From assembly GCF_009914755.1 (NCBI RefSeq), contig NC_060926.1: a DNA stretch of 64,000 bases, one strand, 5' to 3'. Source of the stretch: the human T2T-CHM13v2.0 reference genome, Homo sapiens. Positions within the stretch are counted from its first letter, which is position 1. Each line of letters begins with the position of its first letter. Below are positions 25,397 to 42,442 of the stretch, piece after piece. The translations under genes were made by a program, and so were the position numbers. The notes under the pieces are model-generated. The model worked only from the letters and a program-made list of their open reading frames with translations, was not told where the DNA came from and searched no databases.

Positions 25397-27134
25397 CTTT
25401 TAGAAGTATGGAAGAGATCATATACAGTGGAGTCAAGTCACATGGATTTTGTTTGGTGGCAAAATGTCTCACTTCCAGATAGAGACATAATTTCACCTTG
25501 CGTTTTTCTGGAGTGATCAGCTTCAGTGAGGAGGCTGAACTTCCTGAAAGAGCACTTTGAAAAAGGAGGCTAACCCTTACAGATTTTCATGTGTGCCAGC
25601 TGTTGGCCTTTCCTGCCTACTCCATCAAAAAGGAATATTTTCCCAGGCCTGTATTTTATTTCAACGCTCAATTATTTTCTTCAACCTCACCCACATGCTA
25701 GTACATGTCCAATAAAGTGTTGAATTTTTTTCTCTTTAGCTGTAAACATAGTACAAATCCAACTCCCACATAAACAGTATCTGCTGCAAAATCATGTAGC
25801 ACCCACATATTTGTTTAATGAAACAAGGCCCAAACGGAAAAGTTACAATCTAATTTAAAGTTTAGATGCCTGGGGACAATTCTGATAATGTTTAGAGGTA
25901 GATAATTGTGGGAAACAGAAGAAACGAAAGACAAATATTGGCAGTGACTGAAAGAAAATTAAAAGGCTACATTCAGATCCATGAGCAACACCAAGAAATG
26001 GTATGATGTAACATACTAGAGATTTCATGAGTATTTGATATCTAGGTACATATTTTCCTCAAGTGCTAGGAGCCTTTTGACTTCCACAGGCAATAACTTA
26101 TGAAAAATTTATTATTGCAAAGCATTCAACAATGGCCTTGCGTTCACAAAATTTAACTAGAAGTCCTACTGCTTTCAGAGACTAAAGACTTCTAGGTAGA
26201 TAAAGCTCTAAGAAAACTTAATCCTGGTATCTAGATAATGCCATGAGGTATACACAAGGGAAGAAAGAGATGCAAAACAATGGAAGAATAAAATGCTTTG
26301 GAAGCCTTCATTTATTCCCACAGGATGGGTACCACACTCCACAAACATTGAAGAAAGTCACTGAGAGTCAACATTTTGTAAATGGATGAGGTACAGCAAT
26401 TAATTACAAGAATCTTCTGTTGGCTTTGTTTTGCTTTTCAAGATTAAAAAAATTAGAAATTACATAATTGGGCCTTGATGTTTGTGTGGCTTGGAGGATG
26501 ACTTATTGCAACATTTTGACTGATGTTTACAAGAAACTTTGCAAGTTACTTATTTTCACTGAAGGATGCAAAACATTCAAAATTTACTTGAAAGGGGAAT
26601 AGCTTCGTAAAAACATCTGATGACCAGATTTGGCTTTAGCTAAAATTATACATTTTTATTATTCTTGTTTTTGCATCTGGTGTGTGTATATGTGACTGAC
26701 ATTAGAGTTCTTCTCCCAGAAAAGACCCTCTAAATATATTCTCGGGTTCTCATTCTCAGTGGCCAGGAAGAACATCCCAGAAAAGTTTGTCACAGTGGGA
26801 GTGGGGAATTAGGGGTTCAGAGACAAGGCTGGAAAAGAATGATGGAAGGAAAACAGTTCAACAGAGAACACAGGTGCCCTGGGACATGGGCCCTGGGTGC
26901 TGATATAAATTGGCCAACCTACAGGCTCTCAACTGTATAACCACATTTCTTGTTCTGCTCCTGACTGTGACCAAAACAATCTGGGCACCCCCAGGTGATT
27001 CCATGGTGCTAAGAAGACAATAAGTTCAACTGCTGTACAGACCCATTACTTCCCGTCTATTTTAAAGCCAAAAACATCCTCATCTCTCCGGTACATCACT
27101 AATTAAAGTCTTTATCACTTACAGTTTTGTTACA

Positions 27135-27290
27135 GGACATGGCTCAGAGTATGAGCTCCAGAGTCAGACTTCCTGGGTTAAGCGCCTGTCTATACTACTT
27201 TACACCACTGTGCCATGGGCAAGTTACTTTACACTGTCTATGTGCTATTCTATTCTCCTCATCCATTAAAGATGGGCTAGTGAACATTTG
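27135..27290 (+). mobile_element. MIR SINE fragment
   Basis: 'GCTCCAGAGTCAGACTTCCTGGGTT...TGTGCCATGGGCAAGTTACTTTAC'. Confidence 0.7.
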
Positions 27291-27319
27291 TTGTCATCAT
27301 TCTGGTTTTTAGCTAACCA

Positions 27320-27690
27320 TTATTTGAAGCTCTTTTCATGTTTGGAGAACCTCTTACTTTATGAATCTTGGCACAAGACACAGCTTGCCTCTCATTATGG
27401 AAACTGGAAATGCAGAACATTTGTCATACCTGACTCCCTTGCAGCTTGGGTGCAGTTGCATGGTCAGCCCTGGCCCATCAAACTCACTCACTCGGAATTT
27501 TGCCTCAAAAAAAGCAGAGACAGTGGAGAATCATTCTGGGGGTAGGTGGCACAGCTCTGGCCAGAAGGTCCATGCTCTCAGGCAGCAGGGGCTGAAGGGA
27601 CAGTGAGGACAAGGAGGTTGGCAGCATCTGCACTGCAAGTCGAGGCATCTGAAATTGTAGTAGTGTCCATTCTGGAGCACAATTTTGGCT
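27320..27690. mobile_element. ERVL LTR fragment (LTR33/LTR16-like)
   Basis: 'CCTGACTCCCTTGCAGCTTGGGTGCAGTTGCATGGTCAGCCCTGGCCCATCA'. Confidence 0.45.
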
Positions 27691-28999
27691 AAGGCAGAAA
27701 GTAATTGCTTAACAGAAATATATGAAGACTAGAAGGAAACCTTTAACTACTTTCCACCCAATACAATAATATGCAAATTGTTAGCTAGGTTCATAAATCT
27801 GGCCAAGCCATACTTTCTAAACAAAAACCCTGTTGCTAGATTCACACAACTTAGTCTTAAACCGTAACAGACTTTTCTCCAGGTGGCAAACATTATAGTG
27901 AACATTCATACTTTCACCACCCACTCCTATTCACCTGTAAGGGCCCTTCTCAAAAATCCCTTCCTGGGTGCAGCCTTTTCTAACTCTTTTACCAAGGAAT
28001 GAACAATCGTTTCCTTCCCTGTGTTTCCCTAGTTCTTGGTAAGTGTCTCCTAAGAGTGTTTGCCACATGGAATTGTGCTTTGCATGCCTGCCCTGGAGAT
28101 TCGTGTTCTCATTTCCTGATTCCTAGAATCTAGCTCAATGACAGTCAGTTAATGGGCCCTCAACAAATAAGTATAAGATTTAGGGTCAAGGACACAGTTT
28201 GGGCGGAAACAAACAAACAAACAAAAACTTTAATCATCAAGACACAGCTTGGTTTCAGCCAGGAAATATATTTGGAAAATATAGGAAAAACATAGAAATG
28301 TGATTTTATGTTACCTTGTTGGCAGAGGAACCACAAAAATTCTAACATCTAACTAGAAGGGGAATTAAGTGAACAGATCCTGACATTCCAGTAAACATTT
28401 TTCTCTAACAAACTCCCACAGACTTTTCACATCAGTTCTTGAATTATTTGCAAAGCCTTCAATTGATGGAGGCCAAAGATGTCAAATCTTTGAATGACAA
28501 GGAGCCCAGAATACTTCTCCTGTTTAGTAAAGGACATCAGATCAGGCTCCTAGACCATAAAATCAAATATCTACTTGATCAGATCTCATCAAATACTTGT
28601 TTTACTCTTCTACTTTAGTTGGTAAGCCTGTGAGTTTTTGTGGAGTTCTAAACATACCCTGCAATACCAAATTCAAAAAAGAGGTTGGGGGCAGTTGGAA
28701 AGAAAAAAAAAAAAAAAAGCAAGAACCTAAATATGCATGGGTGAAGCCAGTGCCCAATATAGGGATTCTTGTCTTCAATGCATTCACTGCAGTAGTCCAT
28801 GGTCCTCATTAAGGCTTCTAATCCACTGACTTCTCTCTACTCATGAAGAGAGAACTCATGTTCTCACTTCCTTTCTTACCCAGATCAAGTCTGATCTATC
28901 ACTAAAATTACTCCTGGCAAATACCTGTTAATCCCTCCCACTCTTTGCTTCTGTAAGCCCTGCCTTGCGAAATCCCAACCCTGTTCACTGTGGCATGTT

Positions 29000-31060
29000 G
29001 GTACGACTCACCCTTTATGTACCATCCCTTTCCACCTTCTCAGAGAGGCTGCTCTGTCTCTCTTGCTAATTCCCACTGGTTTCTAAACATGCTGTAGTGC
29101 CTTTCATGTCTTCAAAAGTACTCCCTTAACCCATAATTCTCACCAGAGACCACTACTCTCTCTGCTTCCCTTGACAGTCAAACTTTCCCCAAAATGTTGA
29201 CTACACAGTCTATATGCACTTTGTCATTGCCTATTTACTGTTCAGCCTACTGTAATCTAAGTTCTGCCTCTACTTCCAAAACTACCCCTACTAAAGTCAC
29301 CAATGGCCTCTAAGTTTTAAAATTAAGTCTTCTTCTCACTAAACTACCAAACATATTCAACAAACTTGGCCTCTCTCCCCTTGTTGAAACACCCTCCTCT
29401 GGTCCTTCTATGACACCGTTTCTCCTGAATGTTTTCTTACCTCTCCTACTAGTACCTTCTTAAGCTCATTAACAGTACCTTCTTTATGTGATATTTAAAT
29501 TTTCGAGTTTTTCAGGGCTCAGTTCTGCGGGTTCTTTCTATTATATTCTTTTTCTCAGTAAAATCTTACACACTCACATGGTTTTAAGTAGCATCTGTAT
29601 ACCAATGTATTTTCAACCTATATCTTTAACCAGAGACCCTTATGTCCAACTAATTCTTTAACGTCTTCTCTATGTCTCAAAAATATTTCAACCCTGGTAT
29701 ATTCAAAATGGAATCTTTATTTCCCCCTCCAATTTGCTTCAACTCCACCCTTCTCTACTTCAGTAAATGGCATCTTCTCCATCCACCCAATTACACTAAC
29801 CCCAAATCCTCCTTCATCTCCTCAACTAAGGCATTAACAAGTCCTCTCAATTTTACCAACAAAATATCTGAAATCTGCTAACCCCTGCTCATCTTTGGTG
29901 CTAACCCTGGAGTCCAAGCTACTGTGATCTTTTCCTAATCTAAAGCAGTAATGCTCCATCACCTATTCTTGTCTCCTCCTTCAATTAATTTTCCAGAGTG
30001 GTCTCTGGCTAGTTAAATCTAGTTGTGTTATTCCTTTGCTTAAAAGGGTACAGTGGCTTATTGTATTAATCAGGGCTCTCCAGAGAAACAGGACAAATAG
30101 GTTTTAAGTATACACATTTAAGGAGAGATCGAGAGGTTTATTATAAGAATTGGTCCATGTGATTATGGAGGCCAAAAAGTCCATCTGCAAGCTGGAGAAC
30201 CAGGAAAGCTGGTGATATAATTCAGTCCAACTCCAACGGCTAAGAACTAGGAGAGCCAATGCTGCAAGTCCTGGTCTAAGTCCAAAACACCAAGAATCAG
30301 GAGCTCTGATGTCTGAGGGCAAGAGAAGATGAATGTTCCAGCTCAAGAAGACAGAAAATTAGCTCTTCCTTGCCTTTTTTATTCTATCCAGGAATTCTAT
30401 CAATGGATTAGATTATGCCCACCCACAGTGGTGAGGGCAGATCTTTACTCAGTCTACTGTTTCAAATGCTAATCTCTTCTGAAAACACCTCCACAGACAC
30501 ATCCAGAAATAATGTTTCAACAGCCATCTGGGTATCCCTTAGCTCAGTCAAGTTGACACATATTATCAACCATGTCACTTATCATTCTTCTCATAATCTG
30601 GCCCCTGCCCATAGTTCTAGACATATCCCATACCCCTCACTCTCACACATATACCATGTTCCAGCCATCCTGGTCACCTTTTCATTCCACTAGTGCTCCC
30701 TGTTCTTCCCCTCTCCATAGCCTTCTCACTTGTGCTTCCATATGCTTGGAATGATTGTCTCTCCAACTCACTTTTTGGCTAACTCTTACTCATCCGTCAA
30801 GTAACTTTAGCACGATTCTTAGAAAGGTCTTTCCTGAATTCCCAAACTAATGTAAATTTTAACCTTTGATTATACTTTATATTTTTCCACAATAGTTTTT
30901 GGAACAATTTGAAATTATATAATTTTTCATTTAATTTTTATTTCCCAGTAGACTATACATTCTTTAAGGACAAGAACTGTGTGTGTTTTGTTTACTGCTG
31001 CATTCTCAGCATGTACATCAGCGTGTGGTTCATTGATAGCCATTTGTTAAATGAATAGGA
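29000..31060 (+). mobile_element. Long L2 LINE fragment running to its 3' end, interrupted by MLT2
   Basis: 'CTACTAAAGTCACCAATGGCCTC', 'CACTCACATGGTTTTAAGTAGCATCTGTATACCAATG', terminus 'TTTGTTAAATGAATAG'. Confidence 0.75.
30062..30577 (-). mobile_element. ERVL solo LTR, MLT2 (MLT2B-like)
   Basis: TG...CA ends; 'TGTATTAATCAGGGCTCTCCAGAGAAACAG' and 'CAGTCAAGTTGACACATATTATCAACCAT'; 5-bp TSD CTTAT at 30057-30061 and 30578-30582. Confidence 0.9.
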
Positions 31061-32782
31061 AGTTAAAGTTTTTGTAAAGCTGCATTTGGCTGTCCTCACC
31101 TGATTTAAGGAGGGAAGGAAACTGCCAACTCTAAAGGGGAAAAAATAACTATATGCCTCCAAGACACAGAAGGACAACATTCAGGGCAATTAGCATGGCC
31201 AGGATGTTACAGAATAAAGCCCCAGCTCAGTTCTCTGGATACCTGTTGTAGAAAGAAGGCCTCAGAATATGAGATCAGACCAAACTGGAGTTATAAACTC
31301 TGTTAGACACAGTTGCAACTATTCAGCTTAATTTTTGTGTCACGTGCCTCTCTTCACATTGTTGGTGAACTTAATTCCATTAAACCACCAGACCTAAGGC
31401 TTCAAGTATGGTGTACATACTCTTGCAAGTATTTACAAGTATATACTTTTGTACATTTTGCACAAAAGAATAAGGCTGACTGCCTCTTATCACTGAACGG
31501 CGCTCTGATTTCTCTGTCCACAGGTATAAACAAGAACATTTTGCATTTTATTTTATGATTCATCTTGTTACAGATATAAGATAATGAGCCTGAAAGAGAT
31601 GATACATGGATGGAAAAAAAAGAAAATTCAGGGCTGTGAATAATATTCCTGTAGATTCCCAAGTAAAATAAAATAATAAACAAATCTCATATCACTCCGG
31701 GTCCAGATCTCGTGATTAAAGTGTTATAGTCCAGAAATCCCATCAATGTTCATTGGAATTACATGTACTAACAACCAGAAAAGAATCCTCTTATCCCCCA
31801 TTGCTGCCTCTAAAGGGATAAAAGAACAAATCCTAGAAATTATATAGTTTGCTTCACTTTCTTATTTCCTTTTCATGAACTGTCTTATTCCGAAGTTAAA
31901 AAAAAACTATGCTTATATATTAATATCTTCCTTTTGCCAGGTGAATATTTCCTAAGCATAATACTTTTCTATTCTACAGAGTACTCAAGCCAAATGCATT
32001 GAGAATGAGATGGCTAATAATTCCTTAGCAACATTGGTAAATAAATCTAAAGTTATATTACAGCCTGAAAAATATACCTAAGCTTAAATATACTGTCTTC
32101 CATGCTAAATGGGAGGTCAATACCATTCAAGTCAAGAAATTAGCTCAGCAAAATTTTGCTCTTTCTAAAGGGCTAGTAAAACTTAAATTAATCAACATCT
32201 GTAATATGAGATTTCACAATAAGGGTTAAGCAAGAACAAACTGAGTTCAAACTTTGTTCTTCTTAAACCTTTTTGAATCTTTAATGACTTGAGGTTTTGC
32301 TTTACCTTGGGTCATTTCTGAATATTAATAATAGTCATGAATGGTAGTTATAAGATAACAGGTATTAAACAGATTTTCCACTAATCCCAAAGCAACTCAT
32401 GAAAGTTGTTTTCTTGAACAAAGCACCAGAAGATACTTCACTGGCATTCTTTTCTCCTGAAAACAGATTATAAGAAAATTGCAACCAACAAAACATTCTG
32501 CTAAATTATGGCCTTTGTACTTTAAGAACAAACAAAATGTCCCTAGGTGCAGTCCCATAGCACTAAGGAATTTCTAATAGAGCTATCTTTTGACTCCATT
32601 ACAACTAGCCCATGAGTTCACAAGTACATCTGTCTCTTGGAATTCAAAATAGAGATGCAGTTGTTAAAAAGAGGGGTGGGCTTTAGAGTCTGCAAAACAC
32701 TGAAGCTATGGGATGCAGATTCTAGAGAATACTGAAGCTATTTTCTCAAACTACTGTGATCTCTGCTTACTGAGTTAGGGTA

Positions 32783-33238
<456 letters not shown>

Positions 33239-34512
33239 TATGAGGCAACTTGTAATAAACTGAGATGTAGCTTGAGACTATGCGTTATCACAATCATACC
33301 CAATAAACCAGGAGCTTATACTTCAAATGTCATACATTTTTCCTTTGCGCCCTGTGTACTTTCCCAGTTTGAGCAACAAAATCTTATCTGAAAAGCTTAT
33401 TTTCATTCTCAGAGCTGAGTGCATGAGAACAAGCAACTTTAAAATAAGCAGAAGTAATGCAAAATATAAAAATAAATTTAAAAGGAGAGGGGCTATGGAA
33501 AGTAAAGTAAACACTAAGGAAAATAATGACCATTTGAACTAGGCTTACTCTTAGGCCCAAATAGCCTACTCCTACCCTCTGACAGATACAGACCAGTCAT
33601 CCAAGACACATGATCCACGACGAGTCGGCTTTCCAAAGGTCTTTGTATAGTGGAATCTGCACTGCCTCACTGGTGACACTGTTCAACTTTTCACCTTTGA
33701 ACACCCAAGAAAGCCAGTGCCAAAAAGAGCCTCTGTGTTCTCTCCTAACACAGCAAACACTACGGCATTCCAAGTCAGCCTTCGAGAGGCTTCTGAGAAA
33801 CCAAATTGTATCCATTCTCTCCATTCCTCTTTTCTCAGCCCTGGACTGTCAGAGAGTCAGAGTTATAGGAGGAAAACTTGAGCCTTGAAGGACTGAACCA
33901 TCTTTACCAGCCTCAGGACCTAGTCAGGATCAGAACTGGCCTCTCATTTGAAAAATGAAGAAACCACAGTCTAGAGATGACGTGTCACACGCCCAAGGTC
34001 ATACCACCAATGGTGGCCCATGTTTGGAGGTAAAATACTATTTGGCCCGACAATGTGTTTTTCCGTTTCCACCCTACTTCCATCCCTCCACCAAGCCAGA
34101 GAGCTGGAAGAAAGGCTGACTTATGCATCCTTGTGTTTTGCTTGTTTATTTGTTTAAAATTTTTAAAATAATATATGAGGGTTCAGAAGGAGAATAACCA
34201 GGGAGGAAGAGCAGCAGTGTGCAGCATTTTACAATTTCACAGAAGCCACTTCTCCTTGTAGGGTAGTCCAGCTACGAGCTTTCTGCTTCTCCATGTTTCC
34301 CAACCATGTTGGCGGCATATCATCTCTCCAGCCTTGAGAGTTACATATGGTGTAAGATCTCACTGTGTAAACTGACAGCAGAACCACTCCAAGTTCTCCC
34401 CCATAGAAAGGGACTGGTGGGATCCCCCTGTGTCAGAAAAACAGAAAGAATTTGTATTGCAAATAGCAACTTTTCTATAGGGGGAGAAAGGCTCCATGGT
34501 CCTTATTCTAAG

Positions 34513-35003
34513 CAAGAGGCCCTAACCTTTTGCACACAGACCTCTTTACAGTCAGGTGAAGTCTGTGATGGCTTCTCATAATTGTGTTTTTAAAAGCATA
34601 AAACAAAACACATAGGCATACAAAGGAAATGAATCATATTTAAATACTAATATCAAAATATTTTAAAAACAAATCACTGATATATTAATATACTTTTAAT
34701 TAATGCATTAAATAACAAGATCTAGTTTCAGGTCTAATATCATATTCTTGCAGTATTGTTGAACATAAACAATATCTCATGATATAGGAAACAAATACAA
34801 TGTGATACAAAAAAATCTGTGATTTCTAGTAATGACTAAGTCACAGTACTGCTAATACTACTATAATTAGTTGCCTATATTCATAGTGAAAGAAAATACT
34901 AAATTTCATTAGTGATTCATGAAAATAAAGCCGTAGTCTCTTTTTAATCCAATTACACAGAATTCCTGAGTTCTATCCATGAACCCCAGATGGAGAATCT
35001 CCA
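34513..35003. mobile_element. Charlie4a-like hAT DNA transposon
   Basis: 'GCATTAAATAACAAGATCTAG', 'AAGTCACAGTACTGCTAATACTACT', 'TTCTATCCATGAACCCCAG' match recalled consensus. Confidence 0.7.
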
Positions 35004-36324
35004 CTCTAAAGAATCATTATAACTTATGAGAGCCGTTTGTCCCACCTAAGAAGTACATACCATGTGCACTTGAGCGTACTCAATTTAACATTTCTTAACA
35101 TCATTACCTTTAAATTGAAGATTATCCAGGAGCCAGTAAGAATTAGATTACTCTGCCATCACTTTCACTAAACCAATAGCTAATATATTCTCATTAGCTC
35201 AATTAGTGCATGAGCATTATTTCCCAGAGCGAGATCATCACACCAGAAAATATTGATTATTCGCATGTATTATAGCAAGTCTTAGGTGCAGGTCTGTCTG
35301 TCCCTGCGGCTGTACATGCAGACCAGATATCAGCTGAGAATGTGGTGGTGAAACACTGGTTAAATGAGTGTAGAGATCTCCATTTATCAGAGGGAAGTAA
35401 AGAAAGATCCACTGTACAGCAAATGGGGAGTTTGCCTGCCTTCAGTTTATGGAGTTAGACAAAATCACGACACTGACAGAAATTCAATTTAGTCTACAAA
35501 ATTGGCTTTGTCTTCTATTGTCTTTACTAATGTTCCTATCCCATTCTCTTACTCTTTCTCTAAGCCTCTCTAGGTAATAAATGCATTCCTGACTAAACTC
35601 TATCTCTAATCATCCTCTCTATGGCTGCATATTAGTTTCTGTTACTTGATTAAATTATGTCACGAGTAAGGCAGAATACATGCTTTACTTGGCGAAGCAC
35701 TGAGCACAGTGCTAGGCACATTATAGCAATTTGTATACAAATATTTGACCATTGATCAGAAGTAAATAAGAAATGTATTAAAATGAGGGAAGTACATTTA
35801 CTAACTTCTTTGATGACCATTCTTTGTTTTCATGAGTGTTCTGTTCTGAAATAAATAAAGACATCAGAGGGGACTGGCGCTTTGGGATTCATTGGGTGGT
35901 AGTTGCTGAGTATAGGTAACATTTTCTTTGGGGCAGGCAGGTTGTGAGTAAGAATGTTATTTAGCATGGAAGTGATGTGATGGTCCTTGGCAACAGCAAC
36001 AGCATAACAGCCTAGTTTTCATTTCCTCGCTCATTCATTCATTCTACAAACCCATTGAGGGTTCACTAGGTGAGAAAGAGGAAAGAAACCTGGTGCAGAC
36101 CTTAAGAAAACTTAAGCTTGGGAAGGTAACAATAATCTGATTGATGGCCTCCTTTTCTTTCCTTTACTGCTACTGAATTTAGGCTTTGAATCACTGAAAT
36201 CTCTTCCAGTCTTTGGCTCTCATTTCCAATCATTTGCTATTTGTGCAACATAACCTTCTTCTCCAAATCAAACTGCTGCCAAGTGAATCTTAATAAAATA
36301 ATTATAACACTATTGAATAATAGA

Positions 36325-36514
36325 TAAATAGATAACCCAAATGTTCAACAATAGGGAAATGGCTGAGGAAATAATTGTATTTCCACAAAATATTGTACAA
36401 CCAATAAAAGCTATATTCATGAAGGGTTTTTAATAATATGGGGCATTGATGTTGTTATATTAAGTACAAAAACAGAAAATAAATTGTATATTCAGTGTGA
36501 TATCAACCATATAA

Positions 36515-36551
<37 letters not shown>

Positions 36552-36622
36552 GAAACAAAACAAGGCCGGAGAGAAACATACCAATATATTAACCATACTT
36601 ATGACTATAAGTAATGATAACA
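36325..36622 (+). mobile_element. Old L1M 3' fragment with (CA)n at 36518-36549; target of the L1PA insertion
   Basis: 'AACCCAAATGTTCAACAATAGGGAAATGG'; similar AT-rich sequence resumes after 43060. Confidence 0.55.
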
Positions 36623-36831
36623 TTTTTTGTTATATTTTAAGTTCTAGGATACGTTTAAAGAACGTGCAGGTTTGTTACATAGGTATACGTATGCCATGGT
36701 GGTTTGCTGCACCCATCAACCCATCATCTACATTAGGTATTTCCCCTAATGCTCTCCCTCCTCAGCTCCCCAGCCCATGGCAGTCCCCAGTGTGTGATGT
36801 TCCCCTCCCTGTGTCCATGTGTTCTCATTGT

Positions 36832-40634
<3,803 letters not shown>

Positions 40635-40699
40635 TATGATGCTAGCTGGTTATTTTGCCCATTAGTTGATGCAGTTTCTTCATAGTGTAAATGGTCTTT

Positions 40700-41737
40700 T
40701 CTTCATAGCATCGATGGTCTTTACAATTTGGTATGTTTTTGCAATGGCTGGTACTGATTTTTCCTTTCCATATTTAGTGAGTCCTTCAGGAGCTCTTGTA
40801 AGGCAGACCTTCTGGTGACAAAATCTCTCAGTATTTGCTTGTCTGTAAAGGATTTTCTTTCTCCTTCACTTATGAAGCTTTGTTTGTTTGGATATAAAAT
40901 TCTGGGTTGAAAATTCTTTTAAGAAAGTTGAATATTGGCTCCTACTCCCTTCTGGCTTGTAGGGGTTCTGCCAAGAGATCTGCTGTTAGTCTGACGGGCT
41001 TCCCTTTGTGGGTAATCCGACCTTTCTCTCTGGCTACCCTTAACATTTTTTCCTTTAATTCAACCTTGGTGAATCTGACAATTATATGTCTTGGGGTTGC
41101 TCTTCTTGAGGAGTATCTTTGTGGTGTTCTCTGTATTTCCCAAATCTGAATGTTGGCCTGTCTTGCTAGGTTGGAAAGTTCTGGTTAATATCCTGAAGTG
41201 TGTTTTCCAGCTTGGTTCCATTCTCCCCATCACTTTCAGGTACACCAATCAAACATAGGTTTGGTCTTTTCACATAGTCCCATATTTCTTGGAGGACTTG
41301 TTCATTCCTTTGCATTCTTTTTTCTCTAATCTTGTCTTCGTGCTTTATTTCATTAAGTTGATCTTCAATCTCTGATATCTTTTCTTCCATTTGATCGATT
41401 TGGCTATTGATACTTGTGTATGCTTCACGAAGTTCTCATGCTGTGTTTTTCAGCTCCATCAGGTCATTTATGTTCTTCTCTAAACTGCTTATTCTAGTTA
41501 GCAATTGGTCTAACCTTTTTTCAAGATTCTTAGCTTCCTTGTGTTGTGTTAGAACATGCTCCTTTAGCTTGAAGGAGTTTGTTATTACCCACCTTCTGAA
41601 GCCTACTTCTATCAATTCATCAAACTCATTCTCCATCCAGTTTTGTTCCCTTGCTGGTAAGGAATTGTGATCCTTTGGAGGAGAAGAGGCATTCTGGATT
41701 TTGGAATTTTCAGCCTTTTGCACTGGTTTTTCCTCAT
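40700..41737 (-). pseudogene. L1 ORF1 remnant, frameshifted
   Basis: ATG at 41737; peptides 'NASSPPKDHNSLPAREQNWMENEFDEL' and 'LQEIWDYVKRPNLCLIGVPESDGENGTKLENTLQDI'. Confidence 0.93.
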
Positions 41738-42442
41738 CTTCGTGGATTTATCTACCTTTGATCTTTGATGTTGGTGACCTTCCGATGGGGTTTCTGTGGA
41801 TGTCCTTTTTGTTGATGTTGATGCTATTCCTTTCTGTTTGTTAGTTTTCTTTCTAACAGTCAGGCCCCTCTGCTGCAGGTCTGCTGGAGTTTGCTGGTGG
41901 CCCACTCCAGACCCTGTTTGCCTGTGTTAACACCAGCAGAGGCTGCAGAACAGCAAAGATTGCTGCCTGTTCATTACTGTGGAAGCTTCATCCCAGAGGG
42001 GCACCCGCCAGATGCCAGCCAGAGCTCTCCTGTATAAGGAGTCTATCAACCCCTGCTGGGAGGTGTCTACCAGTCAGGAGGCATGGTGGTCAGGGACCCA
42101 CTTGAGGAGGCAGTCTGTCCCTTAGAAGAGCTCAAGCACTGTGCTGAGAGATCCACTGCTCTCTTCAGAACCAGCAGGCAGGAACGTTTAAGTCTGCTGA
42201 TGTTGTGCCCACAGCCACCCCTTCCCCCAGGTGCTTTGTCCCAGGGAGATGGAAGTTTTATCTATAAGCCCGATTAGGGCTGCTGCCTTTCTTTCAGAGA
42301 TGCCCTGCCCAGAGAGGAGGAATCTAGAGAGGCAGTCTGGCTACAGTGGCTTTGTGGTGCTGCGGTGGGCTCCATCCAGTTCAAATTTCTCCATGGCTTT
42401 GTTTACACTGTGAGGGGAAAACCACCTACTCAAGCCTCAGTA

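Noticed and set aside
24303-25496. Pro/His/Ser-rich ORFs
   Set aside because: Translations of (ATCC)n simple repeats
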